Source of the DNA: Corallochytrium limacisporum Hawaii
Taxonomy: Eukaryota; Protista; Pluriformea
NCBI GenBank assembly: GCA_002811645.1
Contig: PDIP01000146.1
Span: forward strand, 1-50,219
Reading direction: 5' to 3'
DNA: 50,219 nucleotides
Shown piece after piece: positions 37,001 through 46,800 of this stretch (within the stretch, counting starts at the first letter, position 1; every line of letters begins with the position of its first letter). Below the pieces are notes generated by a model. It searched no databases. It was given only the letters and a program-made list of their open reading frames with translations, and had not been told where the DNA came from. Made by a program: the position numbers and the translations under genes.

Positions 37001-37171
37001 GATTTGCGTCGGGTTGCCGGCCGGTACCTGGCATCCGCGATTGCTGAGGATAGCAGTGCCGCTGAAGGCAAGGTTGGAATGAGCATCATCGGTCCTGAGG
37101 ATGCTGCTGAGGAGTTCCGTGGCCAGCGGGGATGGAATATTGTCACTGGGGGCAAGGATACCAGTGCTTGA
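34028..37171 (+). CDS. PITRM1: Mitochondrial presequence protease (peptidase M16C, PreP/Cym1)
   Basis: Inverted zinc motif HILEH in TGVAHILEHVALCGS..RDPFFKML; FMNAMT, QEGWRLE, GVVYNEMKG, IRETGGAYGG, FYSYRDP; Arg-rich, acid-free N-terminal presequence. Confidence 0.96.
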   Translation: MNPFRSAKAVSRVVAGGQRIIRPYSNNVAAATVGKAEDPVRIADHREALKLYKEGDNVGAYTITGVQEVPELQLTAITAKHNTTGTEHLHVARKDSNNVFAVRFRTTPTDSTGVAHILEHVALCGSKQFPIRDPFFKMLSRSVSTFMNAMTASDWTMYPFATQNAKDFDNLLSVYLDAAFFPLINEQDFRQEGWRLENKDPKDINSPWIFNGVVYNEMKGVYSDVESLYSQQARNALYPTSTYGWVSGGDPKFITDLSWDNLRKFHADHYHPSNSQFFTYGDLPLERHLEAIEQKALRHFQFNPVDTTVGPEQRWTAPQRKSGTCPVDDMSGAPQDQQSKFSVSILLNPLTDTYGTLKNQITSKLLLDGPNSPFYKSLLASNTLGQSYSPNTGYDTYAFETNFSVGLQGMQNTRVDEVESVIMDTFNDTVDKGFNRRRIDAILHQVELSQKHQSSSFGISLALGVACPWNHGADPFELLQVNRSIQRFKDDLDKNPRLLSDHLQENFVDNQHRLSFEMHPDTEFSAKLKAEEDARLQNIVGAQDKETLFKIHHENLDLLEAQKSKPDLSLLPELSLADIERGIVRNKITQQEFSDPLVKVNFVEAPTNAVGYFRAVLDASRVPEDLQVYLPLFSGMLTAMGTKETDYEKLSLIAEENTGGLSCGTHITGAIDDMDRFEHGITIGAHCLQEKIPKMLSIWSEIIRDFSIDDADRLQTLLGMMANDATNSIAGSGHAYAMRNSRVSLGPMYRLAEQYEGIEQVYFLQKLASEMDLPMIQSKIGEVSRILLNGHDMGGHIRCAVNGDEVTLSKAKSELKKFLSSIAKDAGAAASSGAPQPMSSLGMIPNNYHVMPFDVKYCAKSIVGVPYASEDYAPLQVLAKVMTDKFLHREIRETGGAYGGGCVMRSGVFSFYSYRDPNTVQTLQRFDASIDWATDSSSYGSAEVDEAKLSVLGDLDKPVSPGSQGLSFFLSGINDEMRQNHRDRIFAVSAEDLRRVAGRYLASAIAEDSSAAEGKVGMSIIGPEDAAEEFRGQRGWNIVTGGKDTSA

Positions 37172-37257
37172 ACATGCATCACTAAAGAAATCGAGCGGAA
37201 CACAAACCCGTTCTCTGGAAATGTTATAGACATACATCAGCATTTTAATGATACATT

Positions 37258-39999
37258 TTACAGTTCTTCGTCATCGTCGTTTGAGGCAGCATTGGCCGCC
37301 TCCATCTGCAGCAGTCTAAGGGTAACCTCGTCCGTGGCCGTAGCAACTCTCTTCGCACTTTGTGGCTGACCAAAACTCGTCGCTCGCTTGGAGCGAACGG
37401 TGGCCATTGTAGCAGTCCGCGGTGGTGTTGCCACCCTCCGCTGTGAAGGTTGGTGAACGGCTGCTAGCGGCGGTCGTTGAGCCGTTCGCTGTGTAGACGG
37501 TTCAGCAGGAGGAGCTGGTGGCAGAGCGGGCGATGGGCGAAGGTTTTCTCTCTCCGAGTCTGTGGTTTTCGCCCGGGACGAGGGAGGCGCGGCCGTAGGC
37601 CTCGTCAATGCATATGGTCGTTGTTTCTCACTTTGCTTTGTCGTTGTCCTGATCGCATTCGGTGTGGTCGACAGTGCATTGGAAACTGTGGCTCTTGGAG
37701 TGACCACTGGTGATAAAGATGTTTCCCCGCACATGTCCGGGGCATCAGGAGCAGATCCTACCACAACTCTTTTCGTCGGTACCGAGGAAGTTGGAGGTCT
37801 ACTGGAAGAGTTGCCAACGAGAGAACCAAAACTGCCAGCAGCCCGCCTGCGGGTCGCTGCATCTGTGGTGAGGCGTTCTTCAAGCTCTGTCGTGTTGATC
37901 TCTGCATCTGGTCCGAGAGGGCTTCCTTCTCCAGGGCTGGCTTCGTCCCATCCACCATCGTCATCGTCAGAGACCAGATTCATATTTAGGAGGTTGCCAA
38001 TGATCTCCGCAATACTATCGTAGTCTCTCTGGGCGTCCATCGGGAATCCTAGCTTCAGAGTGTCTGCTGAGTTGGTACCCTGACTGCTGGCCATGCTGAT
38101 CTCCATCAGGAAGAGAGTGACCACGGCATCTTCCTGGGTGACAACATCTCGGAACATGAGCCTGGCGTGAGCCTGTGCGATACGAACCATGGACTCTAAG
38201 AGACGGATGGTGGTGCGTGCTGCGCTCCTGGCGCGATTTTGGCGCTGTACAGAGTAATACCGCCGCAGAATCTCATCGGCCTCATCTGATAGTTGCGGGT
38301 TGAATGCTTCTCGCACGACACTAATGTAGGCCTGCAGTTTCTCCATGTCCCAGGAGAGGTTTTCAAAGCGTTCCTGACTAGCGAGACTACTCTTGTCACC
38401 GGTCTCTGCCTGAGGCAGCCGTGCACGTGTGTTTGCAGTGGTGCCGTCTTTGGTGTTGTTTCTTGCTGCGTCGAGAATGTGTTGCGCCACATTGGAGTCC
38501 CATTCTTCGTCGTGATTGTCAAGCAAGAGGAAGATTAGATCAAACCGACTGAGCAAGGGCGATGCAATGCCAATGTTAATATCCAAAGGCTCGGTGGGAT
38601 CGTAGCTTCCTTTCGGATTGCTCGCAGCGATGATGGCACAACGGGTATTGAGCTTGCATACTAATCCTGCCTTAGCCACACTAATGGTCTGTTGCTCCAT
38701 AGCCTCATGGATTATACTACGATCATGTTCCCGAATAGTACCAAACTCGTCTATGCAGCATAGACCACAGTCTGCCAAAACTAGAGCACCAGCTTCAAGG
38801 ATCCAATCGGGTCCCTCCTTGGTGGCCGATACCGTAAGTCCTGCGCTAGTGGTACCAACGCCGCTTGTGAATACGCTTCGGGGGACAAGTTTGGATGCAT
38901 ACTTCAGAACCTGCGATTTACCACATCCAGGATCCCCAACTAGTAAGATATGAGACTCCCCTCTGACACCCTCTGACCGATCTTTCGCTCTAGCAACGCC
39001 CCCGATGATGGCCAACAGGACGGCCAGCTTGACGTTGTACATTCCATGAAGTTGAGGAGCGAACTGTTTTAGGATTTCATTTCTACAATGGAATTGGTTA
39101 CCTGCGTGGTGCTTCCAAAGGGCCTCAAACTCACGACGAGCCCCATCTGTGACATTGTGAGTTACTCGTCGATCACTGCTCACGGTAATCGCATTGGCAA
39201 CGATGAAGACCTCTATGTCGCACCTTTCATGGTGGCGCACTGCTCGCCAACGGCGACGGACTATACCAGTGAGTCGAATGTCATCACCTGCCGTACATTT
39301 ATCTGTGAGATCATCTGTGAGCACCACTGGCATTGCTCGTGGCAGGGTGCCGACTGCGACCTTTGTGATCTGTTCTTGCATGCGGATCTCCTGATAATCA
39401 TGCATTACTTTTGTCCCAGGCACCTCACTAAATTTCTTCCCTGGACACGGCTGTGCTGCACCGGGATCTTCAGCCTCGCATCTTGTTGGTCGTGGAAACT
39501 CATTGTATCTATCCATATCTGCGTACACATGAAACCTTTCGTGACAAGTGGAACATGAGTATGTTGTGCGAACAGCTAACATCTTCGGTTGGCTTGCCCG
39601 TACAACTGTGCCACTGAGTTGAATGATTGAACTCACATCTCCAGAAGTGGGCAACAGATGTCTCTGGATATCGGGTACCTGTGGTAAATGACTCAGTCGG
39701 GCGTGGATCCTGCTCTTTATATACAGACGTTCGTTGCCGTGCCTTACAAGATCTTCTGCAATTCTCGTTTGAACTTCCGTGAGGGCGTCATCAAAGATTT
39801 GCAGCGCCAGCGTTGGAGATTCAAGAATTACGTTACCTGCCATATTACTGAAGTCCAGAAGTTCTGCAAAATCAATGACGACACCCCAATGGTCCTCATT
39901 GTTGCCTGATTTCAATATATTATCCAAGTCTGCTCGATGCTTTGCGACTGCGTACTCAGTAAAGATCCTCTTCAACTCAGACTGCTGAAGAGCGTCCAT
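37258..39999 (-). CDS. MCM9: DNA helicase MCM9
   Basis: Walker A GDPGCGKS, Walker B CCIDEF, Arg finger SRFD, zinc finger CSTC..C..C. MCM9-type WILEAGALVLAD, EHDRSIIHEAMEQQTISVAKAGLVCKLNTR and ARTTIRLLES, followed by a disordered C-terminal tail. Confidence 0.94.
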   Translation of the reverse strand: MDALQQSELKRIFTEYAVAKHRADLDNILKSGNNEDHWGVVIDFAELLDFSNMAGNVILESPTLALQIFDDALTEVQTRIAEDLVRHGNERLYIKSRIHARLSHLPQVPDIQRHLLPTSGDVSSIIQLSGTVVRASQPKMLAVRTTYSCSTCHERFHVYADMDRYNEFPRPTRCEAEDPGAAQPCPGKKFSEVPGTKVMHDYQEIRMQEQITKVAVGTLPRAMPVVLTDDLTDKCTAGDDIRLTGIVRRRWRAVRHHERCDIEVFIVANAITVSSDRRVTHNVTDGARREFEALWKHHAGNQFHCRNEILKQFAPQLHGMYNVKLAVLLAIIGGVARAKDRSEGVRGESHILLVGDPGCGKSQVLKYASKLVPRSVFTSGVGTTSAGLTVSATKEGPDWILEAGALVLADCGLCCIDEFGTIREHDRSIIHEAMEQQTISVAKAGLVCKLNTRCAIIAASNPKGSYDPTEPLDINIGIASPLLSRFDLIFLLLDNHDEEWDSNVAQHILDAARNNTKDGTTANTRARLPQAETGDKSSLASQERFENLSWDMEKLQAYISVVREAFNPQLSDEADEILRRYYSVQRQNRARSAARTTIRLLESMVRIAQAHARLMFRDVVTQEDAVVTLFLMEISMASSQGTNSADTLKLGFPMDAQRDYDSIAEIIGNLLNMNLVSDDDDGGWDEASPGEGSPLGPDAEINTTELEERLTTDAATRRRAAGSFGSLVGNSSSRPPTSSVPTKRVVVGSAPDAPDMCGETSLSPVVTPRATVSNALSTTPNAIRTTTKQSEKQRPYALTRPTAAPPSSRAKTTDSERENLRPSPALPPAPPAEPSTQRTAQRPPLAAVHQPSQRRVATPPRTATMATVRSKRATSFGQPQSAKRVATATDEVTLRLLQMEAANAASNDDDEEL

Positions 40000-40258
40000 G
40001 ATGGAGGTTTGAAATCAATCTATTTCCTAATTTGTCCTACATTATTCTATCAGACTATCTACACATCCTACAGTACATACCTGGAGGTCTGTCATATGCC
40101 CGGTCGTGGCCTGGGATCCATTGTCACTGCGGGTCTCAAAGTACCTGAGCTCGGACCCTTCATGTTGAACCCTTCGCGCCAGAACCAAAAGGGGGGGGGG
40201 AGGGGAAAGGGTAGCCCTCAACAAATCAATACCACCAAATCCCAGTCGTTTATAAGGT

Positions 40259-41872
40259 CTACTCATCATCGTCGCTGTCGTCGTCCTCATCAGACGACGA
40301 CTCCTCACTGCCGGTTTCGTAGGCGTCCATGCTCTGCAAGAGCTTCCAGGATTGGAAGTTTTCCATGTCGATGGACCAGAGATCAGAGTAGGTGACGCTT
40401 CGGTCGGCCTTCTCATAGTATCCGCTGTAAAGGTATAGAGTTTTCCCGATTGTAGTTAGACCGGCGTTGGCCCGCGGGCTTGGCCATTCCTCGGGCTTGA
40501 CTTCTTTCGTCAGCTCCTTGACTTCTTCCTTCATAGCCGCGTCCGCATTGGCAGCTTTGCGTTCCTCTGCTTCCAACTTTTGTGGTGGGACGGCTCCCTT
40601 CTTGCTCTTGCCCTTTCCCTTACTGGCCTTCAGTAGATTCCTCCTATCTAGCGCCGCTTTTTGCTTTCTACTGTGGATTTCTTCAATTTTCTCCATGATC
40701 TCCTTGGTCTCGACACCTTCCTTGACAGTTATGTCATATACCAATGATCGGCCAAAGTTCACACCCTGAAAACCACACTGAAAGTGTCCGCGGAGACTTT
40801 CTTCATTTTCCATGTCCACGACCCCACCGAAGAGCAGAAGATGTCCTCGGTGACTGATGGACGAGGCAAATCCACTGCCTTTGGGAAATGCACCATGAAG
40901 CCGCACTGTCTCCCACTTGAATTGATTCTTTAGCTCGTCGCCCAGACTTTGATCAAAGACTAGTCGCCAAACATCAGCATGAACCTCACCCTTTTCAATC
41001 TCACCCTTGACGCGCTTGCGACTGTACCCACCGAGTAGATACGCACTATTCATAGGTTTCTCCGACCTGGCATCGCGTTCTGTGACAAAGTGCATGGCGC
41101 TACGAGGGCTAGGTACAAATATAGTGGTGCCAAAATCGATCTTTGTCCAAGAATAAGTTTCCAGATTCAAAGCATACAAGTCATTGAAATATTTGGGTGT
41201 CCCCTTGCCATCGTCATGAAAGCCTCCGAACAGTACAATCGATACAGGGGGGCCAGGGATGAGGATCATTCGATGACCACTCCGGGGTGAGGGGATATCC
41301 CCCTGTTGTTTGATTTGTTCCCATTTGCGATCTTCCACATGGAAAAGCCAAAGATCGTTGTAATGTCGGAATTGTGATCCCGTTGGTGATGTGAATTCTC
41401 CGCCGAAGACAAAGATCTGACCGCCGAAGACGGGTCTCACTGCTCCATGGTGGCCGCACCGTGGCTTTGGTGCATACGATGACATGTGGATGCTCCACTC
41501 ATTCGTGGAAGGCTTGTAGGTTAACAGTTCATTGTTTACATGGTGCTTGTGATTTTCCATTCTTTCACCCCCAAATACGAACAACTGCTCCACAGATTGG
41601 CTCGGCCAGCTGTTCATAAGGAAATTGATCCTGTGTTTCGGATGCTCCGAAAGCGTGCGCGTTATACACGCCGGGCCTCTACCCAATTCATCGAGTTCTA
41701 CTCCTTCAGTCTCTAAGGCATCTAACTCCGCAATTATTGCGTCTAAGTCCTCCTCCTCGAAGTTTTCCGCCCTGGCCGCTTCCTTTCTTGCTTCCTTCAA
41801 TTCTTTGATCAGCTTCTTTTCTTTGCGCTGCACGCGCTTCTTTCGCCGATCCTGTGCGTTCTCCCGACCCAT
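40259..41872 (-). CDS. KLHDC4: Kelch domain-containing protein 4 (Kel3-like)
   Basis: Basic N-terminus then EEDLDAIIAE; kelch repeats with FGGEFTSP..QFRHYNDLW, PSPRSGHRM, FGGFHD, PSPR..LYLYSGYYE; acidic tail. Confidence 0.9.
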   Translation of the reverse strand: MGRENAQDRRKKRVQRKEKKLIKELKEARKEAARAENFEEEDLDAIIAELDALETEGVELDELGRGPACITRTLSEHPKHRINFLMNSWPSQSVEQLFVFGGERMENHKHHVNNELLTYKPSTNEWSIHMSSYAPKPRCGHHGAVRPVFGGQIFVFGGEFTSPTGSQFRHYNDLWLFHVEDRKWEQIKQQGDIPSPRSGHRMILIPGPPVSIVLFGGFHDDGKGTPKYFNDLYALNLETYSWTKIDFGTTIFVPSPRSAMHFVTERDARSEKPMNSAYLLGGYSRKRVKGEIEKGEVHADVWRLVFDQSLGDELKNQFKWETVRLHGAFPKGSGFASSISHRGHLLLFGGVVDMENEESLRGHFQCGFQGVNFGRSLVYDITVKEGVETKEIMEKIEEIHSRKQKAALDRRNLLKASKGKGKSKKGAVPPQKLEAEERKAANADAAMKEEVKELTKEVKPEEWPSPRANAGLTTIGKTLYLYSGYYEKADRSVTYSDLWSIDMENFQSWKLLQSMDAYETGSEESSSDEDDDSDDDE

Positions 41873-42040
41873 AATATATGTCTAATCGATTTCAGCGACA
41901 AAGTCTTTTCCTGTTCATACATCCTGGCTTGCATGTCAAGCAAATCAGAGGGTCTCGAGTACCCTCCGGAACGCCTCTGCGGTTCGCTTGCGCAGTACCC
42001 CTTCGCTTTTGTCACGCGGGTCTTTGACTCCCTCACTCCC

Positions 42041-42084
42041 TGGGGGAGGGGGTACCCTCCTCTGGGGGAGGGGGTACCCTCCTC
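42041..42084. repeat. Perfect 22-bp tandem duplication (TGGGGGAGGGGGTACCCTCCTC x2)
   Basis: Identical copies at 42041-42062 and 42063-42084, each with a GGGTACCC palindrome. Confidence 0.9.
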
Positions 42085-42290
42085 TCGTTGTGGGGAGGAG
42101 TTGAACCCGGCAGTTCGGGGCGCGCACTTCTCAGACAGGGTCGGTCATTGCCAGTGCTGGTATTTCCGGCATTGTGGGCATAACAGTGTGAAACGAAATG
42201 ATACTTCGATCTGGAAAAGGTAAATGCTGTAAAGGAAGCACATTGATAGATATGATTAATGCATATTTGAGTGGGTCGTAGCAGAAAGCC

Positions 42291-43760
42291 ATGTCCGACG
42301 AGTTGGCTCAATTGGCGGCAGATCTTGACGACCTAGAGGATCTGACAGCCGACACTGAACAAAGAGGAGGAGACCATGATATGGACATAGATCATGACGG
42401 AGTGGATAGTAAGTACATACGTGTTTTTGACACCGCAGAGCTGGCAAGTCTGCAAAGACAGATGGACGCCGTGGAGGAGGGCAAGGCAGATATTCCAAAT
42501 GGCACCGAAGGGTCTACCGTTGTTACGCAACTTAGTCAGCAGACGAAGTCTCTAAGGGATTTTCTTGAGTACACATATGAAAATTTGAAGTCAATTATTC
42601 GGAAACAGCTTCCTGATCTCGAAGTTTTAGTTCGGGATCCGGTCCAATACGCAACCGTCGTACATAGTCTTGGTTACAGAAGCTCAAAGAGTGTTTCCCA
42701 GCGGACCCTTGAGTCTGTGCTCTCGACGCAACAGGCTATGGCAGTTAATCTGGCTGTAAGCGCAAGAGCAGATTGGAGCTTTTCTAGGGATGAGGTGGCT
42801 CGGTGTGAGTCCATGGTAGATGATATGCTTCGGGCAGATTATTTGATCCAGAACATGGTTGGATTCCTGTCTAAATGTGTTGAAGGGCTCTGTCCGAATC
42901 TAGTGGCCTGTGTGGGCACATCACTCGCCGCTGAGCTGCTCTCGCAAGTTGATGGAGGAGTTGAGGCATTGGCTACTATGCCTGCTGATAACATGCAACT
43001 TCTTGGTTCCAAGTCAGCTAGTGGTACCCTAACACGTTCTGGCGAGAGTCCTGGCAGCAACGTCAAGCTACCACCCAACGCTGGTTTCCTGTTCCGATCA
43101 CGAGTTGTCCAAGGCGTTGCTCCAGAGCACCAACGCAAGGCTCTCCGAATTCTTTCATCAAAAGCTTCTCTGGCAGTGCGATGCGACGCTACTGGCGGCA
43201 GCCCGGATGGCACCCTTGGTCGTAAATTTCTGGACGATGCGCAGCAAAAGATTAGGAAAGCGACAGAGGATCGGAAACTGAACAACACTGTCAAAGCATT
43301 ACCTAGACCAGAAGATGCGCCCAAGAAACGCAGAGGTGGAAAGAAGGCTCGCAAAATGAAAGAACGTATGCAGCTGACCAACCTACAGACGGCTGCAAAT
43401 CGGATTGCCATGGCTGGGGAACATGATTATGACCTGGAGGATGACAGCAACGTACCGGGAACGGCCGGGAACATCGTCTCACTCGCGCGAGGTATGGATA
43501 GATCAGGGGTCAATAGCCGTTCTCATGTGTCGAGGACAATGCAGAGGCGTCTTGCCCAAGATCACATTGTGTCAGGGCTGAATAGTATAGCACGGCCTCA
43601 TGCTGACAGTCTTCATACGGCGCTTCTCAATCCTGGTTCGCAGCCTCAACAAACAAGTGGGACACAGAGTGTCATCTACAACGCTCAAGGAGGCATTGAG
43701 GTTGCAGCCAGCAGCGCAAGAGATGACACACAACCAAAGAAGAAGTCAAGATACTTTTAG
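42291..43760 (+). CDS. PRPF31: U4/U6 snRNP protein Prp31 (divergent)
   Basis: N-terminal DELAQLAADLDD; Nop domain CPNL..VG..LAAELL..GG..LA.MPADNMQLLG, KA.LAVRCD; KALPRPE..KKRRGGKKARKMKER..LT.LQ.AANRI; C-terminal SGTQSV..QGGIE. Confidence 0.9.
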   Translation: MSDELAQLAADLDDLEDLTADTEQRGGDHDMDIDHDGVDSKYIRVFDTAELASLQRQMDAVEEGKADIPNGTEGSTVVTQLSQQTKSLRDFLEYTYENLKSIIRKQLPDLEVLVRDPVQYATVVHSLGYRSSKSVSQRTLESVLSTQQAMAVNLAVSARADWSFSRDEVARCESMVDDMLRADYLIQNMVGFLSKCVEGLCPNLVACVGTSLAAELLSQVDGGVEALATMPADNMQLLGSKSASGTLTRSGESPGSNVKLPPNAGFLFRSRVVQGVAPEHQRKALRILSSKASLAVRCDATGGSPDGTLGRKFLDDAQQKIRKATEDRKLNNTVKALPRPEDAPKKRRGGKKARKMKERMQLTNLQTAANRIAMAGEHDYDLEDDSNVPGTAGNIVSLARGMDRSGVNSRSHVSRTMQRRLAQDHIVSGLNSIARPHADSLHTALLNPGSQPQQTSGTQSVIYNAQGGIEVAASSARDDTQPKKKSRYF

Positions 43761-43835
43761 CGCCTCGAAGATAGCTATAAACAAATCCATGTAGGCTTAT
43801 GTACAAAGCTAAGATTCTATAAGATAGATAGTATT

Positions 43836-46800
43836 TCACTCTACATAATTTGACGGAAACATTCCAACTCGACCATTGACCTCGCCCTTCCACCATCCAT
43901 TATCAGCACGCTCAAGGACGATTACAACATCACCTTCATTGAAGCTGACCTCATCCTCCTGCTGAGCAACCCAGTCGTACACTGCAGTAAAAGATTCACC
44001 CTTGGAGGATGGTTCACTGAGAGGTACAGATGCGGGTGTCATGTCCTCACCAGTGTTCGCACGACTCCGGTTGTCCTTCTTTGGCAGGAACTTGATGCAG
44101 CGGGTTGGGAAGCGTCCACTTACCCTCTGCTTACCGCGCACCTGCAGAGTACCTTCACACCATTCGTCGCCCTTGCTAGTGATCTGAATGATTTGTCCCT
44201 TCTTGATAGACAGCTCGCCATCTCCCTGGGCCTTGTAAGCCTCAATCACCTTACCAGTCTCGTCCACTGGAACCAAACCAGCTCCCTCTGGGCTGGTGTC
44301 CCGGGGAAACGCTCCAGCATCACCACCACTGGGTGCTTGGCCTGTGTACTCCTCAACGTAGTTCTCCGGGAACCACCCTGTACGACCATTGAGCTCACCA
44401 GCCCACCAGCCGTCATCACTGCGCTCGGTTACGACAATCACGTCACCTTCCTGGAATTTCAAATCATCCTCGCGGTCCCCAGCGAAGTCGAACACAGCAA
44501 TGACCTTTTTCTCGTCGCTGGAAGGTGCGGGGGTTGTGTCGACCGGAGGCGGCGGTCTAAGAGGCGGCGGTTCCTCCACTGGTTCTGGCTCAGGCTCTGG
44601 CACTGGCACTGGTTCTGGCTCAGGCTCAGCGGTAACTGGTGTGGCAGGGGCTGCAGGTTCTGCTGCAACTGGTGCGCCAGTATCTCCTGCAGACTTATCC
44701 GTCTTCGTCACATATGACGCAGGGAACCAACCAGTCTTCGTTCCCACCTGTCCTTCCCACCAACCACCCTCTGGCGCCTGCAAGACGGTGATGAGATCTC
44801 CTTCGTTGAACTCCAATTCGTCTTCCTGTTGTGCTTGGTATGGGAAAATGGCTTCATAGGCCACCGACGTATCGACAGCTCCAGTATCGTCCGCGGCAGC
44901 CATGGAGACAGTGCTGGGCCGTGCTGCCTCAGCTGTTGCACTATCTTCGGCGTCCCCAAAGGGATTAAATTCCGCAGGAGCAGCCTCAGTCTCGTCAGCT
45001 ACAGCAGCCTGCTGAACAGTCATGTTCTCAAGCTTCTCCTTGCGCTCCACAAAGTTGGCAGGGAACCATCCTTCCTTGCCATTGATTTGGCCGAACCACC
45101 ATTCATCAGCATCGTTCCTGACTTCAATGATGTCACCGTCCTGGAAGGTCAGTTCGTCACCCTCTGTGCCCTTGTATTCGTACAGAGCGACAGCCTCGAA
45201 TAGGACCTCTCCGACCCCGCCCATGTCCATCGCAGCAGTGGCCCCAAGAGCAGCAGTTCGTGCTTTGTCCTCTTCCAGGCGGCGCTTGTGGGCCTCCTCT
45301 TCGCGCTGACGCTCTGCCGCCTCTTGAGCTGCCCGATTTTTTCGAATCTCTTCCTCACGCTTGCGCAAATCCTCTTCCTCGCGCTTCCTGCGTGCTGCCT
45401 CTTCTTTTTCAACCTGCTCTTTCCGCGCACGATCTGTCTTCTCCCGGCGTGTCTTGTCGAGACGTTCTTGAAGAAGCTTTTTGTAGTTACGAGTGTGGTT
45501 AAGATTTAGATTTGTCTTGTGGTAGCGCTCTTCCATCCGCTCCAGTTGCTTCTTAGCTTGTTGCAGCTTCGAACGCATATCTGCAACCTCCCGAGAAGCA
45601 TGGGCGAGGGCGCGCACCATGTGATCCTCCGCCTCTTTTGCGGCACTGCCGTCCTCGTTCTGCATGAACATGTTCCGGCGGTCGATCTGGAGTTTCCGAA
45701 TCTTGTCATCTGCACTATTGACATCTTTTTGCTTGTCATGCACCTTGGCTTTGGCTGCCTGCAGCTTCTTCTGTTCCTTTTCCAGAACGTCGATGTAGTT
45801 CTTGCGCTCTCGGCGGGTTTTCAAATACTCCGCGTAGTTGTCACCATTCTTCTTGATCTTCCCCTTGAGACCATTGATGTCAGTATTCAGAGTATCAAAA
45901 CGAGACTTGTAGATATCACGGATCTCCAGCAACTGCTTAGCAAGGGCCTTCTTGCGCATGCGCATTTCCTGCTCGCGACGCTCTTCCATGAGACGCTGTT
46001 GCCTCTCTGCTTCTTCACGCTGGCGGCGTTCCATTTCAGCATACGCGAACTGTTGCCGTTCCATCTGTCGCTGGTACTCTAATTCCTGTCGCTGTCTCAT
46101 CTCCAGCTCCTGCCTCATGCGCATCTTTTCCTGCGCTTCACGCTTCTTGCGCTCCATTTCCTGACGCTCCATTTCCCGCTTCATGTGCGTCTCCTTCTCC
46201 TGTTCCTGCATACGCCGCATTTCCTCTTGCTTCTGCCGAAGGAATTCGTTTCCAGCATTCGCATCAGGAGCCAGATTGGTCAGGGACGAGGATTTTTGGG
46301 GAGTGTCATCACGCGGAGACAGTCCCGTCATCTGCTGCTTCATTGCCCGAGACATTAGGACAGGAGGCAGGTAAGAAGGAGGGGGCCTGCCCTGCTGCAC
46401 CTGTTCACATAAGTGCATAACAGTCACGAATTCGTCCTGAGACATACCGTACTCTGATGGAGGTCTGACAAGTCGCCACAGGTGCAATAAAACGTCTTGA
46501 TGCAAACCTGTGGTGAGCATATTTCGCTTAATCTCTTGCATATCCATGCGATCCCTACGACGGGCACGGGAGTACTCGGAGAAAATTTGATTGTACTTCA
46601 AACGCGTGCTAGATGGGATGGACCAATCCCCGGAAGGCTGAACAGGCGCTGCCATCACACCTGCACCGTTGCTGTGAGCAGCCTGCAGGTTGAAGTTAGG
46701 ATCGTTCTCCTGATTCCGGATTGTGCGGGAGTTTAATTGCATCGGCAACGTCGAGGGCAGCGGTTTACCTTGCTTCGCCACAGCAGCTAATTTACAAGAC

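Noticed and set aside
41985-42000. GCTTGCGCAGT resembling the U4 snRNA 5' end next to PRPF31
   Set aside because: The similarity ends after about 10 nt, with no 5' stem-loop or Sm site.
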